Part shown: in pieces, positions 49,297-60,698 of the stretch
Numbering within the stretch: the stretch's first letter is position 1
How the letters are laid out: every line of letters starts with the position of its first letter
DNA from: Actinomycetota bacterium
GTDB lineage: Bacteria; Actinomycetota; Actinomycetes; S36-B12
NCBI GenBank assembly: GCA_009699315.1
Contig: WLOK01000001.1
Span: forward strand, 18,216 to 82,215
DNA: 64,000 nt
Reading direction: 5' to 3'
Translations under genes and position numbers: made by a program
Notes under the pieces: model-generated
The model's database searches: none
Seen by the model: the letters and a program-made list of their open reading frames with translations, nothing else
Told to the model about the DNA's origin: nothing

Positions 49297-51209
49297 ATTT
49301 TTTCACCCACGCCTAGTCGTACCGCGGTCTCGACCACCGTTCGGCTGATCTCTTGGCCGGTAAGCCCCACACTGGCCAGGATTTCGGCACGTTTGGCGTG
49401 CTGGAGAAATTCCTTGGGCAGACCGAAGTTAAGGACCGGTATGGAGTAACCCGCACTAGCAAGTGCACCACCCAATGCAGCGCCAACACCCTCATCGCGA
49501 AGTCCGTCTTCGATAGTGACGACGAGTTCGGCATTGCCGACGGCATGCAAGAGGTCGTCTTCAATCGGCAATACCCAACGCGGATCCACAACTCGCACCC
49601 GCAGCCCTTGGTCACCCAGACGTGCTGCCACGTCGAGTCCCACACTGGCCATTGCCCCTATGGCAACGATCGCGATATCTGGGTGCTCCTCGGCACGGAG
49701 CACGTCGACGCTCCCGAGCTGTTCCACGGCCGGAATCGCATCTGGAAGTGCGCCCTTCGAAAACCGAATCACGCTGGGGCCGTCTGCAACGTCCACACTG
49801 CGGCGGAGTCCCTCGCGCAATGTGATCTCATCACGCGGCGCACATAGCCGAAGACCCGGGACAATGCGCAACATCGCGAGATCCCACATACCGTTGTGGC
49901 TCGCACCATCGTCACCAGTGACTCCAGCACGATCGAGCACGAACGTGACACCCGCTCGATGGAGTGCGCAATCCATGAGGACTTGGTCGAACGCTCGATT
50001 GAGGAAAGTGGAGTACACCGCAACCACGGGGTGCATACCCGCAAAGGCCATGCCAGCTGCGGAGGTGACCGCGTGCTGCTCAGCGATGCCCACATCGTAG
50101 GTGCGTTCAGGGAACTCTTTTGCGAAAGCATCAAGACCCGTAGGGGCGAGCATCGCCGCCGTGATCGCCACGACATCGTGCCGCTCGCGCCCGATGCGCA
50201 CCAACTCATCCGAGAAGGCCCTAGTCCACGTAGGACCTGAGGCAGCGATCGGCTGCCCGGTATCTGGATCGATGACGCCTACGCCATGGAATCGATCGGC
50301 CTCGTCATTCTCCGCCGGGGCATAGCCGCGGCCCTTCTCCGTCAACGCGTGCACAATGACTGGTCCGCGATACAGCTTCGCTCGATTAAGCGCGCGTTCA
50401 AGGGCAACAATGTCGTGACCATCTACCGGGCCGATGTATTTCAACCCTAAGTCTTCGAACATTCCCTGCGGCGCAACGATGTCCTTCACGCCCTTTTTCA
50501 CGCCGTGCAGCGTTTCGTAGACTGTGGTGCCAATCACGGGGGTACGCCGCAAGACCCGCTTGCCCCAGGACAGGAACTTTTCGTAGCCACGAGTCGTGCG
50601 CAAAGTCGCGAGATGCGTGGCGAGACCGCCAATCGTGGGCGCGTAGGAGCGCTCGTTGTCATTGACAACGATGATGATTTGTCGGTCTGAGCCCGCGATA
50701 TTGTTCAGCGCCTCCCAGGCCATGCCTCCGGTGAGCGCGCCGTCGCCGATGACGGCCACGACGTGACGCTTCCCCAGAACACCTTGTCGCTCCCATGCCT
50801 TCGCGATGCCATCGGCGTACGACAGCGCCGTCGAGGCATGTGAGTTTTCAATCACGTCGTGCACGCTTTCGGAACGTGATGGATACCCAGAGAGTCCGCC
50901 GGACTGGCGTAACGTCTCGAAGTCCCCAGAGCGGCCCGTCACAATTTTGTGTACGTATGCCTGGTGGCCGGTGTCCCAGAGAATGGCATCAAGTGGCGAT
51001 CGGAAAACTCGATGGAGCGCCATCGTAAGTTCGACGACACCGAGATTGGGTCCAAGGTGGCCGCCCGTTTTCGAGACGCGTTCCACGAGGAACGACCGAA
51101 TCTCGGTGGCCACTGCCACACACTGCTCAGGGGTCAACGCATCGAGATCCTCTGGACTCGTCATCTGACGAAGGTCTACCCGCCCGGCTGCATCGAACAC
51201 GCTTCCCAT
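49257..51209 (-). CDS. dxs: 1-deoxy-D-xylulose-5-phosphate synthase
   Basis: 650 aa. '[14 protein letters not shown]' and the TPP-binding '[15 protein letters not shown]' are present. The 3' end overlaps rnd by 40 nt (convergent). Confidence 0.96.
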   Translation of the reverse strand: MGSVFDAAGRVDLRQMTSPEDLDALTPEQCVAVATEIRSFLVERVSKTGGHLGPNLGVVELTMALHRVFRSPLDAILWDTGHQAYVHKIVTGRSGDFETLRQSGGLSGYPSRSESVHDVIENSHASTALSYADGIAKAWERQGVLGKRHVVAVIGDGALTGGMAWEALNNIAGSDRQIIIVVNDNERSYAPTIGGLATHLATLRTTRGYEKFLSWGKRVLRRTPVIGTTVYETLHGVKKGVKDIVAPQGMFEDLGLKYIGPVDGHDIVALERALNRAKLYRGPVIVHALTEKGRGYAPAENDEADRFHGVGVIDPDTGQPIAASGPTWTRAFSDELVRIGRERHDVVAITAAMLAPTGLDAFAKEFPERTYDVGIAEQHAVTSAAGMAFAGMHPVVAVYSTFLNRAFDQVLMDCALHRAGVTFVLDRAGVTGDDGASHNGMWDLAMLRIVPGLRLCAPRDEITLREGLRRSVDVADGPSVIRFSKGALPDAIPAVEQLGSVDVLRAEEHPDIAIVAIGAMASVGLDVAARLGDQGLRVRVVDPRWVLPIEDDLLHAVGNAELVVTIEDGLRDEGVGAALGGALASAGYSIPVLNFGLPKEFLQHAKRAEILASVGLTGQEISRTVVETAVRLGVGEKIQEISTESDSATS

Positions 51210-51220
51210 CCTAGGCCGAC

Positions 51221-51574
51221 CTAGTCAATTTCGCCCGCGCCCCCGAGAGCTTCTTCCACGAGAGCAAGTTCACGTCGGGTTGCCTGCAGGCGCGCACCCT
51301 CACGTTGGATGGCCGTGAGAGCCATATCAATCGTGGCAGCCGCTAAATCGGGCAGCTCGCGTCGCAGCGCCGAATAGGCAACTCGAGCACCCTCGAGAGA
51401 AGCGTCGAGGTGATGGGCGACGATGCGAGCCAAGACGATGGGATTTTGTCGGAGCGCCGGTTCGTCACGAAGAACTGACGGCCCCTGATCTAGCAACCAC
51501 AACACCGCCCTCTCTGCGAATGCGTCGTGGGTCGGGTGCGGGACCTCACGCGGCCAACCTGGTGGCAGGGCCAC
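51221..51574 (-). CDS. Hypothetical protein
   Basis: 117 aa. The GTG start is 3 nt after the acnA stop. The protein is helical and Ala/Leu/Arg-rich. I recognise no motif. Confidence 0.45.
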   Translation of the reverse strand: MALPPGWPREVPHPTHDAFAERAVLWLLDQGPSVLRDEPALRQNPIVLARIVAHHLDASLEGARVAYSALRRELPDLAAATIDMALTAIQREGARLQATRRELALVEEALGGAGEID

Positions 51575-51577
51575 TGG

Positions 51578-54229
51578 CTAGACCAAGGAGCGGAGTACGT
51601 ACTGCAGGATGCCGCCGTGACGGTAGTAGTCCGCTTCACCGGGAGTATCAATACGCACGCGCGCGGTGCGCTCGGCGCTCGACCCGTCTGCACGGGTCAC
51701 TAGGACTGAGACGTTCTCTGGTATTCCACCATCATTGAGCGCTGTCACTCCGGAGATAGCGATCTCCTCAGATCCATCGAGGCCCCACGTTCCGGCGTCT
51801 TCACCCGGAAGGAACTGGAGGGGCAGCACACCCATGCCGATCAGGTTCGAACGATGAATGCGCTCGTATGACACTGCGATAACCGCACGCACGCCCAGGA
51901 GCATCGTGCCCTTAGCCGCCCAGTCGCGCGATGAACCTGAGCCGTATTCAGCCCCAGCCACAATCACCAACGGAGTGCCCTGCGCTTGGTAGTTCACCGA
52001 GGCATCGAAAATCGTTGACTGTGGGGCGCCCGCGAGCGTGAAGTCACGGGTGAAACCACCTTCGACACCATCGAGGATGCGGTTCTTGAGGCGAACGTTC
52101 GCAAAAGTTCCGCGAATCATGACCTCGTGATTGCCGCGGCGAGAGCCGTAGGAGTTGAAGTCGGCTCTGGAGATGCCCTTCTCCATGAGGTACTTGCCTG
52201 CAGGTGTGTCTGCCTTGATGTTGCCGGCAGGCGAAATGTGATCAGTCGTCACTGAATCACCGAGGATTGCGAGTAGGCGAGCACCCGCGATATCGACAAC
52301 CGGACTCGGCCGCATGGACATGCCGTCGAAGTACGGTGGCTTACGAACGTAAGTTGATGAGGCGTCCCACGCGAACGTGTCGCCTACCGGAGTGGGGAGA
52401 TTCTGCCAGCGCGCGTCGCCCTTGAATACGTCCTTGTAACTATCCGCGAACATCTCCTTATTGATGTTGCCCGCGACGATCGCCTCGACCTCTTCGGGAG
52501 TCGGCCAGATGTCCTTGAGGAAGACGTCCTTGCCCGCCGTATCGGTGCCGATGGGCTCAGACGCGAAGTCGATGTCCATGGTGCCGGCCAGCGCATAGGC
52601 AACGACAAGCGGCGGAGACGCAAGATAGTTCAAGCGAACGTCGGGGCTAATGCGTCCCTCGAAGTTGCGGTTGCCAGAGAGCACGGCCGCCACAGAAAGG
52701 TCGGCGGAGTTGATGGCCGCACTAACTTCTTCGATGAGCGGTCCGGAGTTGCCGATGCAGACTGTGCAGCCATAACCCACGAGGTTGAATCCGAGCGCAT
52801 CCAGATAAGGCGTAAGACCTGCTTTGTCGTAGTAGTCGGTGACGACCTTCGATCCCGGCCCAAGCGTGGTCTTGACCCACGGCTTGCGCGAGAGCCCGCG
52901 CTCGACAGCCTTCTTTGCGAGCAGTCCGGCAGCCATCATCACTGACGGATTGGAGGTGTTGGTGCACGAAGTGATCGCGGCTAGAACAACAGCACCATTG
53001 TCGATCGTGAATTTGTCTCCGCCGGGCAACTCGACCGGCGTCGGTGTGCTCGTGCGACCGGTCAACGCATCGACCAGTGCGCTCTTGCTGTCCACCAGGG
53101 CGATTCGATCCTGCGGACGACTCGGGCCTGAGATGGAGGGTTGCACAGTGCTCAGATCGAGTTCGAGAACCGAGGTGTAGGACGCTTCGCGAGCGGGATC
53201 GTGCCACAGGCCCTGGGCTTTGGCGTACGCCTCCACCAGCGCGATCTGCTCATCGGGGCGTCCTGTGAGGCGCAAATAGTCAACGGTCTCACCATCGATC
53301 GGGAAGATCGCGACAGTTGAGCCGTATTCGGGACTCATATTTCCGATGGTTGCGCGATTGGCAAGCGACACCGCGCCCACGCTTTGGCCAAAGAACTCCA
53401 CGAAGGAGCCGACGACTCCGTGCTTGCGCAGCATCTGGGTGATCGTCAGCACGAGATCCGTCGCAGTGGCAACGGGATTGAGCACGCCCGATAGGCGGAA
53501 TCCCACGACGGGCGGAATGAGCATTGACACCGGCTGGCCGAGCATGGCTGCTTCAGCTTCGATGCCGCCAACGCCCCAACCCAGAACACCTAGACCGTTG
53601 ACCATGGTGGTGTGTGAGTCGGTGCCCACCACTGTGTCGGGATATGCCTCGCCGCCGCGAGCCATCACGACGCGAGCAAGACGCTCGATGTTGACCTGAT
53701 GCACGATGCCGGTGCCCGGCGGCACAACCTTGAACTCATCGAACGCACTCTGGCCCCAGCGCAAGAACTGGTAACGCTCCATATTGCGCTCATACTCAAG
53801 CGCCACGTTCAGATCGGCCGAATCAGTCGTACCGAAGTAGTCCGCAATCACCGAGTGATCGATGACAAGTTCGGAGGGGTTCAGGGGTTCGATCTTCGAG
53901 GGATCGCCGCCCAAGGCAATCATCGCCTCGCGCATCGTCGCGAGGTCAACAACGACGGGCACACCAGTGAAGTCCTGCATCACCACGCGAGAGGGGGTGA
54001 ACTGGATCTCTCGAGGATTGGTCTCCTGTGGATCCCAAGACGCCAGCGTGCGGATTTGGTCGGCGGTGACGTTGGCGCCATCCTCGGTGCGGAGGAGATT
54101 TTCCAACAAAATGCGGTGCGTGAAGGGCAGTCGATCGATGTTTGGCAAGGCCGACAACGAATAGATCGTGTAGGAATTCCCACCGACCTCCAGCGTTGTG
54201 CGGGCGCCGAAACTGTCGATGCTTGCCAC
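51578..54229 (-). CDS. acnA: Aconitate hydratase A
   Basis: I placed the start at the GTG at 54227-54229 ('[13 protein letters not shown]'), 6 nt after GAGGAGG. Aconitase Fe-S cluster and swivel-domain motifs run throughout. The 90-codon ORF-track extension would run into the asnB start. Confidence 0.94.
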   Translation of the reverse strand: MASIDSFGARTTLEVGGNSYTIYSLSALPNIDRLPFTHRILLENLLRTEDGANVTADQIRTLASWDPQETNPREIQFTPSRVVMQDFTGVPVVVDLATMREAMIALGGDPSKIEPLNPSELVIDHSVIADYFGTTDSADLNVALEYERNMERYQFLRWGQSAFDEFKVVPPGTGIVHQVNIERLARVVMARGGEAYPDTVVGTDSHTTMVNGLGVLGWGVGGIEAEAAMLGQPVSMLIPPVVGFRLSGVLNPVATATDLVLTITQMLRKHGVVGSFVEFFGQSVGAVSLANRATIGNMSPEYGSTVAIFPIDGETVDYLRLTGRPDEQIALVEAYAKAQGLWHDPAREASYTSVLELDLSTVQPSISGPSRPQDRIALVDSKSALVDALTGRTSTPTPVELPGGDKFTIDNGAVVLAAITSCTNTSNPSVMMAAGLLAKKAVERGLSRKPWVKTTLGPGSKVVTDYYDKAGLTPYLDALGFNLVGYGCTVCIGNSGPLIEEVSAAINSADLSVAAVLSGNRNFEGRISPDVRLNYLASPPLVVAYALAGTMDIDFASEPIGTDTAGKDVFLKDIWPTPEEVEAIVAGNINKEMFADSYKDVFKGDARWQNLPTPVGDTFAWDASSTYVRKPPYFDGMSMRPSPVVDIAGARLLAILGDSVTTDHISPAGNIKADTPAGKYLMEKGISRADFNSYGSRRGNHEVMIRGTFANVRLKNRILDGVEGGFTRDFTLAGAPQSTIFDASVNYQAQGTPLVIVAGAEYGSGSSRDWAAKGTMLLGVRAVIAVSYERIHRSNLIGMGVLPLQFLPGEDAGTWGLDGSEEIAISGVTALNDGGIPENVSVLVTRADGSSAERTARVRIDTPGEADYYRHGGILQYVLRSLV

Positions 54230-54287
54230 TCGTGCCTCCTCATATGCGACTACCTCCAGACTACCGGCCCGCTCACTCGCGTCGGGA

Positions 54288-54312
54288 ACGGGGACGGCGG
54301 CCCACTCCCCGT
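54288..54312. promoter_or_regulatory. Perfect 7-bp inverted repeat (ACGGGGA-n11-TCCCCGT) in the acnA/asnB divergent intergenic region
   Basis: Read directly from the sequence: 54288-54294 is acgggga and 54306-54312 is tccccgt. The function is unknown; it could be an operator or a 5'-UTR hairpin. Confidence 0.25.
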
Positions 54313-54350
54313 AGACTCCCTCACGTGCGAAACCTTGAAGGGATCTCGTC

Positions 54351-56225
54351 ATGTGCGGAATAGCCGGAGTTCTTGGCCCCGCCGAGATCACTGAGCCCCT
54401 GCTCGGCCGCATGCTCCACTGCATCGAGCACCGTGGCCCTGACGACGAAGGTCGCCTTGTCACACCAACTTTCGCTTTCGGTATGAGGCGATTGGCCATT
54501 CAGGACATTGCCGGTGGTCATCAGCCGATGTGGTCGGTAGATCGCTCCGCCGTAATCGTTTTCAACGGCGAGATTTACAACTTCAAGGAATTGAGAGAGG
54601 AGCTAGCTAGTTCTGGCTACCGATTCAGCACCCATTGCGACACTGAGGTCATCGTCGCTTTGTATGAGCGGATCGGCCGCACAGATCCTGTCGCGATGCT
54701 CAACCGACTCCGGGGCATGTTTGCCATTGCCATTCACGACATCGAACGCGATGTGCTTTTTCTTGCGCGAGATCAGTTTGGTATCAAACCGCTATACCTA
54801 CACACCGTTGACGGACGCATCGCGTCATTCGGATCTGAGATTAAGTCACTTTTAGAGGACCCTTCACTCGCCCGACGCGTCAACGACGAGGCGGTGATCA
54901 ACTATTTGGCCTTCCAGTACAACCCGCTCACGAAGACCATGTTCGAGGGCATCCGGCGCGTTCCGCCAGCGACCTATCTCCTGGTCTCGCCTCGCACAGG
55001 AGAGTTCACCGAATTCCCGTACTGGTCATACCACTTCAGTGCGCCCACGCCCGCAACCGAGACGGCCACACAGTCGAGGATCAAGGATGTGATGCGTGAC
55101 TCGGTCGAGCATCACATGATCAGTGACGTCCCCGTGGGTGCATTCCTCTCTGGTGGCGTTGATTCCGCCATAACCGTGACGCTCATGCAGGAGCGTCGGC
55201 GCGCCCTCGGGTTAGACAATGTGAAGACATTCACCATCGGCTTCGACGAGGTGAGTGAGCTCGCCGAGGCCAGAGAAGTCTCTGATCGCATTGGTTCCGA
55301 TCACCACGAGATCCGCGTCAATATGTCCGAATACCTTGAGGTGCTCGAAGACATCTCCTGGCACTTCGACGAGCCTGTGGCTGATCCGTCGGCAGTCGCG
55401 TTGTACTTCCTCGCCCGCGCGGCCCGCGAGCAGGTCACAGTGGTCCTGTCTGGCGAAGGCGCAGATGAGCTTTTTGGCGGGTACCGCATCTATCGCGAAC
55501 CGCTCTCACTCCGGCCCATCTCTCGCCAACCCAACTGGGTTCAGCGCTCCTTGCTCGCGCCAGCTTCGAAGATCGGTGCTTCGTATCCCGGACGCAACTA
55601 CTTGCGGCGGGGACTGACTCCCTTTGATGAAAGATTCATTGGCAACGCCTACATCTTCCGCCCCGATGAGATGCGGGCCCTGTGGAAGTCCGAGCTACCG
55701 ACGCCTGTGCACGTCCTGCCCGGCGTCGAACTGGGTGCGTCTATTCACGAATTTGACGACCTTTCCGAGTCGCGAAGGATGCAGTTGGTCGACATCAGCT
55801 ACTGGATGCCCGGCGACATCTTGGCGAAAGCTGATCGCATGACCATGGCCCATTCGCTCGAACTGCGCGTCCCGTACCTTGACATGCAAGTCGCTTCAGT
55901 CTCCGCAGGCATCCCCGATGCGTGGAAGTATCGCGACGGCACCACAAAATGGATTCTCCGCGAGGCTTTTCGTGACATCCTGCCCAGTTCAACAGCAGCG
56001 CGAGCAAAACTAGGCTTCCCCACTCCATTGCGGCATTGGCTCAAGCAAGACCCGGAGTGGTTCCGTTCGCGAATTTTGGACGACTCGTATATTCGCGCCC
56101 AGATGAACACAGCACCTATTGAGAGACTTTTCGCCGATCACGCCAATGGTGAACGCGACACGTCGCGAAAGATCTACATCTTGCTCATGCTCGCCTTGTG
56201 GCGCCGCGCCTTCAACGCGGTCTAA
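54351..56225 (+). CDS. asnB: Asparagine synthase (glutamine-hydrolysing)
   Basis: 624 aa. It starts 'MCGIAG' (the Ntn amidotransferase Cys2) and has the PP-loop 'SGGVDSA'. Confidence 0.92.
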   Translation: MCGIAGVLGPAEITEPLLGRMLHCIEHRGPDDEGRLVTPTFAFGMRRLAIQDIAGGHQPMWSVDRSAVIVFNGEIYNFKELREELASSGYRFSTHCDTEVIVALYERIGRTDPVAMLNRLRGMFAIAIHDIERDVLFLARDQFGIKPLYLHTVDGRIASFGSEIKSLLEDPSLARRVNDEAVINYLAFQYNPLTKTMFEGIRRVPPATYLLVSPRTGEFTEFPYWSYHFSAPTPATETATQSRIKDVMRDSVEHHMISDVPVGAFLSGGVDSAITVTLMQERRRALGLDNVKTFTIGFDEVSELAEAREVSDRIGSDHHEIRVNMSEYLEVLEDISWHFDEPVADPSAVALYFLARAAREQVTVVLSGEGADELFGGYRIYREPLSLRPISRQPNWVQRSLLAPASKIGASYPGRNYLRRGLTPFDERFIGNAYIFRPDEMRALWKSELPTPVHVLPGVELGASIHEFDDLSESRRMQLVDISYWMPGDILAKADRMTMAHSLELRVPYLDMQVASVSAGIPDAWKYRDGTTKWILREAFRDILPSSTAARAKLGFPTPLRHWLKQDPEWFRSRILDDSYIRAQMNTAPIERLFADHANGERDTSRKIYILLMLALWRRAFNAV

Positions 56226-58249
56226 GTCTCTTCCGGCGGATTAGCCGCTCCTTCGCGTCGAGTCACACCCGGACCAGACACATCGCTGTCGTCCATCATT
56301 CTTCGCTCGCTTGATCGCAGCTGCCAGGGCACACTGACCATCATCACCCCGGGCATAAAGAGCAGTCGTGCCTTTAGGCGGAGCGCAGACTGGTTATGCA
56401 GTAACTGCTCCCACCAGTGGCCGACGACGTATTCAGGAATGTAGACGGTGACGAGGTCGCGAGGATTGTCCGAGCGCAGTCGCTCCACGTATTCCAAAAA
56501 TGGTCGCGTGATTTCACGATAGGGCGAATCGAGAACCTTCAGGGGTATGGGGATGTTGCGATGCTCCCAGTCCGCCTGCAGCTCTTTCGTCTCTTCGGGA
56601 TCGACCTGGACCGTGATTCCTTCCAAGACGGTGGGTCGTGTTGCACGTGCATAGGCGATGGCGCGCAATGTGGGCTTATGCAACTTCGCCACTAACACCA
56701 GAGCATGGACCCGACTTGGCAACGTGATGCCTTCATCATCTCCCGTACGCAACTCGCCTTTTACGCGCTCATAATGCCGGTGAATCGCCTTCATAAACAA
56801 GAAGAGGATCGGCATGGCGATGACCACGATCCAGGCACCACGCGTGAATTTCGTCGCTAGCACGATGGTGAGGACCGTGCCTGTCATCACCAGACCGACG
56901 CTGTTGATGATTCGAGATCTGTACATGCGCCCGCGAGCTCGTGGATCGGTTTCAGTACGCAACAGTCGGGTCCAGTGCCGCACCATGCCCAACTGACTCA
57001 ACGTGAAGGACACGAAGACCCCGACGATATACAGCTGAATAAGGGAAGAAGTCTGTGCGCGATAGACGATGACGAGAATCATTGCCGTTGCAGCCAACAC
57101 AATGATGCCGTTGCTGAATGCGAGTCGGTCCCCTCGCGTATGAAGTTGACGGGGCAGATAGCCATCGCGTCCCAAGATTGATCCGAGTACCGGGAAGCCG
57201 TTAAATGCCGTATTGGCGGCCAAGGCGAGAATCAATGCTGTCGCAATGGAGATGAAAGCAACACCGAACCCGAAGGAGCCAAAGACTGCTTCAGCGATCT
57301 GCACGATCACCGTCTTCTGTTCTTGACCAGCGGGAAGCCCAATTAGATCCTTGGAGTACTCCGCCACCTTGACACCGGAGATCAACGCTAACGCCGTAAT
57401 TGCAGCAAACATCGACACCGAGATGATCGCCAACATCAACAAAGTTGTCGCAGCATTCTTCGACTTGGGCTTGCGAAATGAGGGTACCCCGTTGGCAATC
57501 GCCTCGATGCCGGTCAGCGCTGTAGTTCCCGACGAAAACGCTCGAGCGATAAGGAAGATCAACGCTGCTCCCGCGAAGGACGCTTCAGGCGCTATCGACC
57601 AATCAGCAGACTCCGCTTTGGGGATGTCTCCACCCACGATTCGCCACGTGGCCCAGATAGCCATGAATGCGATACCGAAGATAAATGCATATGTGGGAAT
57701 TGCGAACAATCCCCCGGACTCACGCACTCCACGAAGATTGAGCAACGTGATAACAACAATGAAGCCCAAGGCCCAGTACACCAAATGATCGTTCAGGAAG
57801 GGAAAGGCGGATGCGAGGTTTGCCACGGCTGCAGAGATCGACACCGCCACCGTGAGTACGTAGTCAACAAGCAGAGCACTCGCGACGAAAACCCCGGGGT
57901 TGGGGCCGAGGTTGACGGAAACGACCTCGTAGTCGCCACCGCCGCTGGGATAGGCATGGACATTTTGTCGGTAGCTCGCCACGACGACGAAGAAGACGAG
58001 CGCCACCAGCAGCGCCACCCACGGGGCGAACGAATACAAGGCCAACCCGCCCATGGACAACACCAGCAAGATCTCCTGCGAGGCGTACGCATTTGACGAC
58101 AAGGCGTCTGAGGCGAAAACCGGGAGCGCAATGCGCTTGGGCAACAACGTGTCGTCTAGGACGTCGCTGCGCAACGCCCGCCCGAACACCACTCGCTTGG
58201 CGAAGTCCCCAATAGCCACGATTGGCGATACTACGCCGCCACTCACCAC
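56222..58249 (-). CDS. APC-superfamily permease with a long C-terminal cytoplasmic domain (Rv2690c-like)
   Basis: About 12 TMs beginning 'LPVFASDALSSNAYASQEIL', followed by a soluble tail of roughly 230 aa. The start is uncertain: GTG at 58249, 58246 or 58219. It must lie before the divergent trkA at 58278. Confidence 0.75.
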   Translation of the reverse strand: MVSGGVVSPIVAIGDFAKRVVFGRALRSDVLDDTLLPKRIALPVFASDALSSNAYASQEILLVLSMGGLALYSFAPWVALLVALVFFVVVASYRQNVHAYPSGGGDYEVVSVNLGPNPGVFVASALLVDYVLTVAVSISAAVANLASAFPFLNDHLVYWALGFIVVITLLNLRGVRESGGLFAIPTYAFIFGIAFMAIWATWRIVGGDIPKAESADWSIAPEASFAGAALIFLIARAFSSGTTALTGIEAIANGVPSFRKPKSKNAATTLLMLAIISVSMFAAITALALISGVKVAEYSKDLIGLPAGQEQKTVIVQIAEAVFGSFGFGVAFISIATALILALAANTAFNGFPVLGSILGRDGYLPRQLHTRGDRLAFSNGIIVLAATAMILVIVYRAQTSSLIQLYIVGVFVSFTLSQLGMVRHWTRLLRTETDPRARGRMYRSRIINSVGLVMTGTVLTIVLATKFTRGAWIVVIAMPILFLFMKAIHRHYERVKGELRTGDDEGITLPSRVHALVLVAKLHKPTLRAIAYARATRPTVLEGITVQVDPEETKELQADWEHRNIPIPLKVLDSPYREITRPFLEYVERLRSDNPRDLVTVYIPEYVVGHWWEQLLHNQSALRLKARLLFMPGVMMVSVPWQLRSSERRMMDDSDVSGPGVTRREGAANPPEET

Positions 58250-58277
58250 AGCGGGCCGCGGCGTGTAACCTGACCAT

Positions 58278-58937
58278 GTGCATGTGGTGATCCTCGGGTG
58301 TGGCCGTGTCGGATCGCTCTTGGCTGGGCGACTTGACGCAATGGACCATTCGGTGTCGGTCATCGATCAGGATTCGAAGGCATTCACGCGCCTCCCCCCT
58401 GGTTTCCGTGGCGCTACCGTGACCGGAGTGGGCTTCGATCGCGAAACCCTTGAGCTCGCCGGAATCACACATGCTGAGGCATTCGCTGCCGTGAGCAGCG
58501 GCGATAACTCCAACATCCTCGCCGCCCGAGTGGCCCGGGAGACGTACGGCGTTGACCGCGTGGTCGCCCGCATCTACGACACCCGGCGTGCCGAGGTCTA
58601 CCAGCGACTCGGCATTCCCACCGTCGCGACGGTCGCGTGGACTTCCGGCCAAATTCTTCGCCGGATCATGCCCTTAGGTTCGGAGACGGAATACACCGAT
58701 CCCAGTGGCACCGTGAGTTTGGCTGAGGTACATCTGGGCAGTGCCTGGATTGGCCATCGGGTGACGGCTCTCGAGCGCCAATCCGGAGCCCGCGTCGCAT
58801 TTGTTACCCGACTGGGCGCTGGTCTCCTGCCCGATGCCGATTCGGTTATCCAGCAAGGAGACCTCGTACACATGGTCTTCACTCCCGCAGATCGTGAGCG
58901 CATGGAAGCGGTCCTTGAGAATGGTCCGGAGTCCTGA
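58278..58937 (+). CDS. trkA: TrkA-family K+ transport regulatory protein (RCK: TrkA-N + TrkA-C)
   Basis: 219 aa. The Rossmann motif is 'VVILGCGRVGSLLAGRL'. GTG start. Confidence 0.9.
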   Translation: MHVVILGCGRVGSLLAGRLDAMDHSVSVIDQDSKAFTRLPPGFRGATVTGVGFDRETLELAGITHAEAFAAVSSGDNSNILAARVARETYGVDRVVARIYDTRRAEVYQRLGIPTVATVAWTSGQILRRIMPLGSETEYTDPSGTVSLAEVHLGSAWIGHRVTALERQSGARVAFVTRLGAGLLPDADSVIQQGDLVHMVFTPADRERMEAVLENGPES

Positions 58938-59584
58938 TGCGTATCGCCATTGCAGGTGCGGGCAAAGTTGGGCGATCGATTGCCCGCGAACTTCTAGCAA
59001 ACGGCCATGAGGTTCTCCTCATCGACAAGGACGCGAACCCCGGAGTGGTAGAGGGTGCCGAGACGTTGCACGCCGATGCATGCGAATTAGCTTCGCTCGA
59101 GAGTGCCAACCTTCCGCAATGCCAAGTAATGGTCGCAGCCACCGGTGATGACAAGGTCAATTTGGTGGTGTCTTTGCTCGCCAAGACTGAATATGGAGTA
59201 CCTCGAGTAGTCGCTCGCGTTAACCACCCAAAAAATGAGTGGATGTTCGACGAATCCTGGGGCGTCGACGTCGCTGTCTCAACGCCACGCATGCTTTCTG
59301 CCCTGGTAGAAGAAGCCGTCAGCGTCGGCGACCTTGTGCGCCTCTTCAGCTTCCGGCAAGGTCAAGCGAACCTTGTGGAAATTACGCTCTCCGCGCGCTC
59401 CCCAGTTGTCGGCAAGTGCGTACGTGACGTGGCCTGGCCAACGGATGTAGCGCTGGTCACCATTGTTCGCGGGCCTCGTGTCATTGCGCCAAGTCCCGAT
59501 GATGCTCTTGAGATCGGTGACGAATTGCTCTTTGTCGCAGCCCCGGATCAAGAACCCGCGCTGCGAACAATCGTGGCGGACTAG
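58937..59584 (+). CDS. trkA: TrkA-family K+ transport regulatory protein (second copy)
   Basis: 215 aa. The Rossmann motif is 'IAIAGAGKVGRSIAREL'. Its ATG shares a base with the previous TGA. Confidence 0.9.
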   Translation: MRIAIAGAGKVGRSIARELLANGHEVLLIDKDANPGVVEGAETLHADACELASLESANLPQCQVMVAATGDDKVNLVVSLLAKTEYGVPRVVARVNHPKNEWMFDESWGVDVAVSTPRMLSALVEEAVSVGDLVRLFSFRQGQANLVEITLSARSPVVGKCVRDVAWPTDVALVTIVRGPRVIAPSPDDALEIGDELLFVAAPDQEPALRTIVAD

Positions 59585-60303
59585 ACGCCCTCGCGACGTT
59601 CCCGCGATGCGGCGATGGGACCCTTGAGCACCAAATAGGTCAAGTACGCAGCAGCCAGATACAACGGCCAGCCCAACGCGATGCGCGCGATGCCGAGGAA
59701 GACGAACCAGAGAGTGTCCTGTCCCCAAGCCTTGACGGCGAGGTAGAGAAGCCCTTGAACGACCACACGGCCAAGGAACACCCCTACCCACATCCAGCTC
59801 GCAGCTGAGTACGAACGACGCAGCACCACATCGGCGCGCCAGGTGAACTTCTCACCGGTCAAAAATCCGACGACCACTCCGATCAGCGGCCAACCGATCA
59901 AGATAGAAATCAAAAATGCGATTCCATAGGTGACGTTGAGCAACATTCCCGGAAGGTAGAAATCTTCGGCGTTCCCCGTACGCTGCGCGACGAAGGCTGA
60001 GACACCGACACCTACGAGACCAGCCAGAACCTGCTGCAGTCCCTGACGCCGGATTAGTCGGAGAATGGCGAGCACACCAGCACAAATCCCAGCAGCCCAT
60101 AGGGCAACATTGAGTTGGCTCCCGCTTACGACATAGGCAGTGACAAACACAGCAGACGGCAATCCGGAGTCAATTACTCCGCTCCAACCACCGATGGCGC
60201 GGGCCAATAGCACGCGCTCTGCCTTGACGTCAGCGATCGTCTCGTGTTCTATCGCGTGCTCTTCGGTCGGGCTTTCACCGGACGACGGTGACTCGTCGCT
60301 CAC
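59581..60303 (-). CDS. DUF3159-like integral membrane protein
   Basis: It has an acidic N-terminus followed by six predicted TMs. I placed the start at the GTG at 60301-60303, which overlaps the upstream OB-fold gene's TGA (GTGA). Its position after the trkA pair matches the recalled Rv2693c synteny. Confidence 0.65.
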   Translation of the reverse strand: MSDESPSSGESPTEEHAIEHETIADVKAERVLLARAIGGWSGVIDSGLPSAVFVTAYVVSGSQLNVALWAAGICAGVLAILRLIRRQGLQQVLAGLVGVGVSAFVAQRTGNAEDFYLPGMLLNVTYGIAFLISILIGWPLIGVVVGFLTGEKFTWRADVVLRRSYSAASWMWVGVFLGRVVVQGLLYLAVKAWGQDTLWFVFLGIARIALGWPLYLAAAYLTYLVLKGPIAASRERREGV

Positions 60304-60668
60304 TCGTGCCCCTGCGGCTTCAAGGTATACGTGGGGTTGTACAGGGTGGGAACTTCGCCGTTCGGGCAGGTCAACCGCCCAGCGGCCACTAGACGACGTC
60401 CAGCCACGATTCCGGGTATATCGCGGCGGCCAAGCCACACCAGACGCACACGCCCAGATCCGTCGTACAACTCAGCCTCGAATGCGAGCGCAACCCCGAG
60501 CGGCCGAACGGTAATTGACGAAATGGTGCCGAGAACAGTCACCAGATCGCCGGCCTTGCAGTCGCATAAATGCTGCGCGGAGACCTCGTCGACTTCGCGA
60601 CCGAGGTCCTCTGCATCGATCGCGGCACTGTTCATTGCAAGTCGCGATATCGCACTCTTGAGGCTCAC
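60300..60668 (-). CDS. OB-fold domain protein (Rv2694c-like)
   Basis: 122 aa. A beta-rich core ('VTVLGTISSITVRP...RVRLVWLGRRDIPGI') sits in the conserved position between the DUF3710 and DUF3159 genes. Confidence 0.6.
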   Translation of the reverse strand: MSLKSAISRLAMNSAAIDAEDLGREVDEVSAQHLCDCKAGDLVTVLGTISSITVRPLGVALAFEAELYDGSGRVRLVWLGRRDIPGIVAGRRLVAAGRLTCPNGEVPTLYNPTYTLKPQGHE

Positions 60669-60698
60669 TCCGTCAGCCTACCTGCAGCACGTCTGGGA

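Noticed and set aside
53699-54394. 231-aa + strand ORF, and the 90-codon N-terminal extension of the aconitase ORF (54230-54499)
   Set aside because: The + ORF is antisense to acnA. The extension lacks aconitase similarity and would overlap the asnB 'MCGIAG' start. A GTG with a GAGGAGG SD at 54229 begins the conserved 'ASIDSFGA' N-terminus.
54351-56225. asnB considered as a horizontally acquired low-GC gene
   Set aside because: Hand counts were inconsistent: 28/60 and 32/60 at 54541 and 54601, but 38/60 at 55021. There is no supporting context such as mobile genes or a tRNA.
57864-58652. 262-aa minus-strand ORF
   Set aside because: It runs out of frame through the 5' part of the permease gene, across the divergent promoter region, and antisense to the first trkA, which has a clear Rossmann motif. 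It is an artefact.
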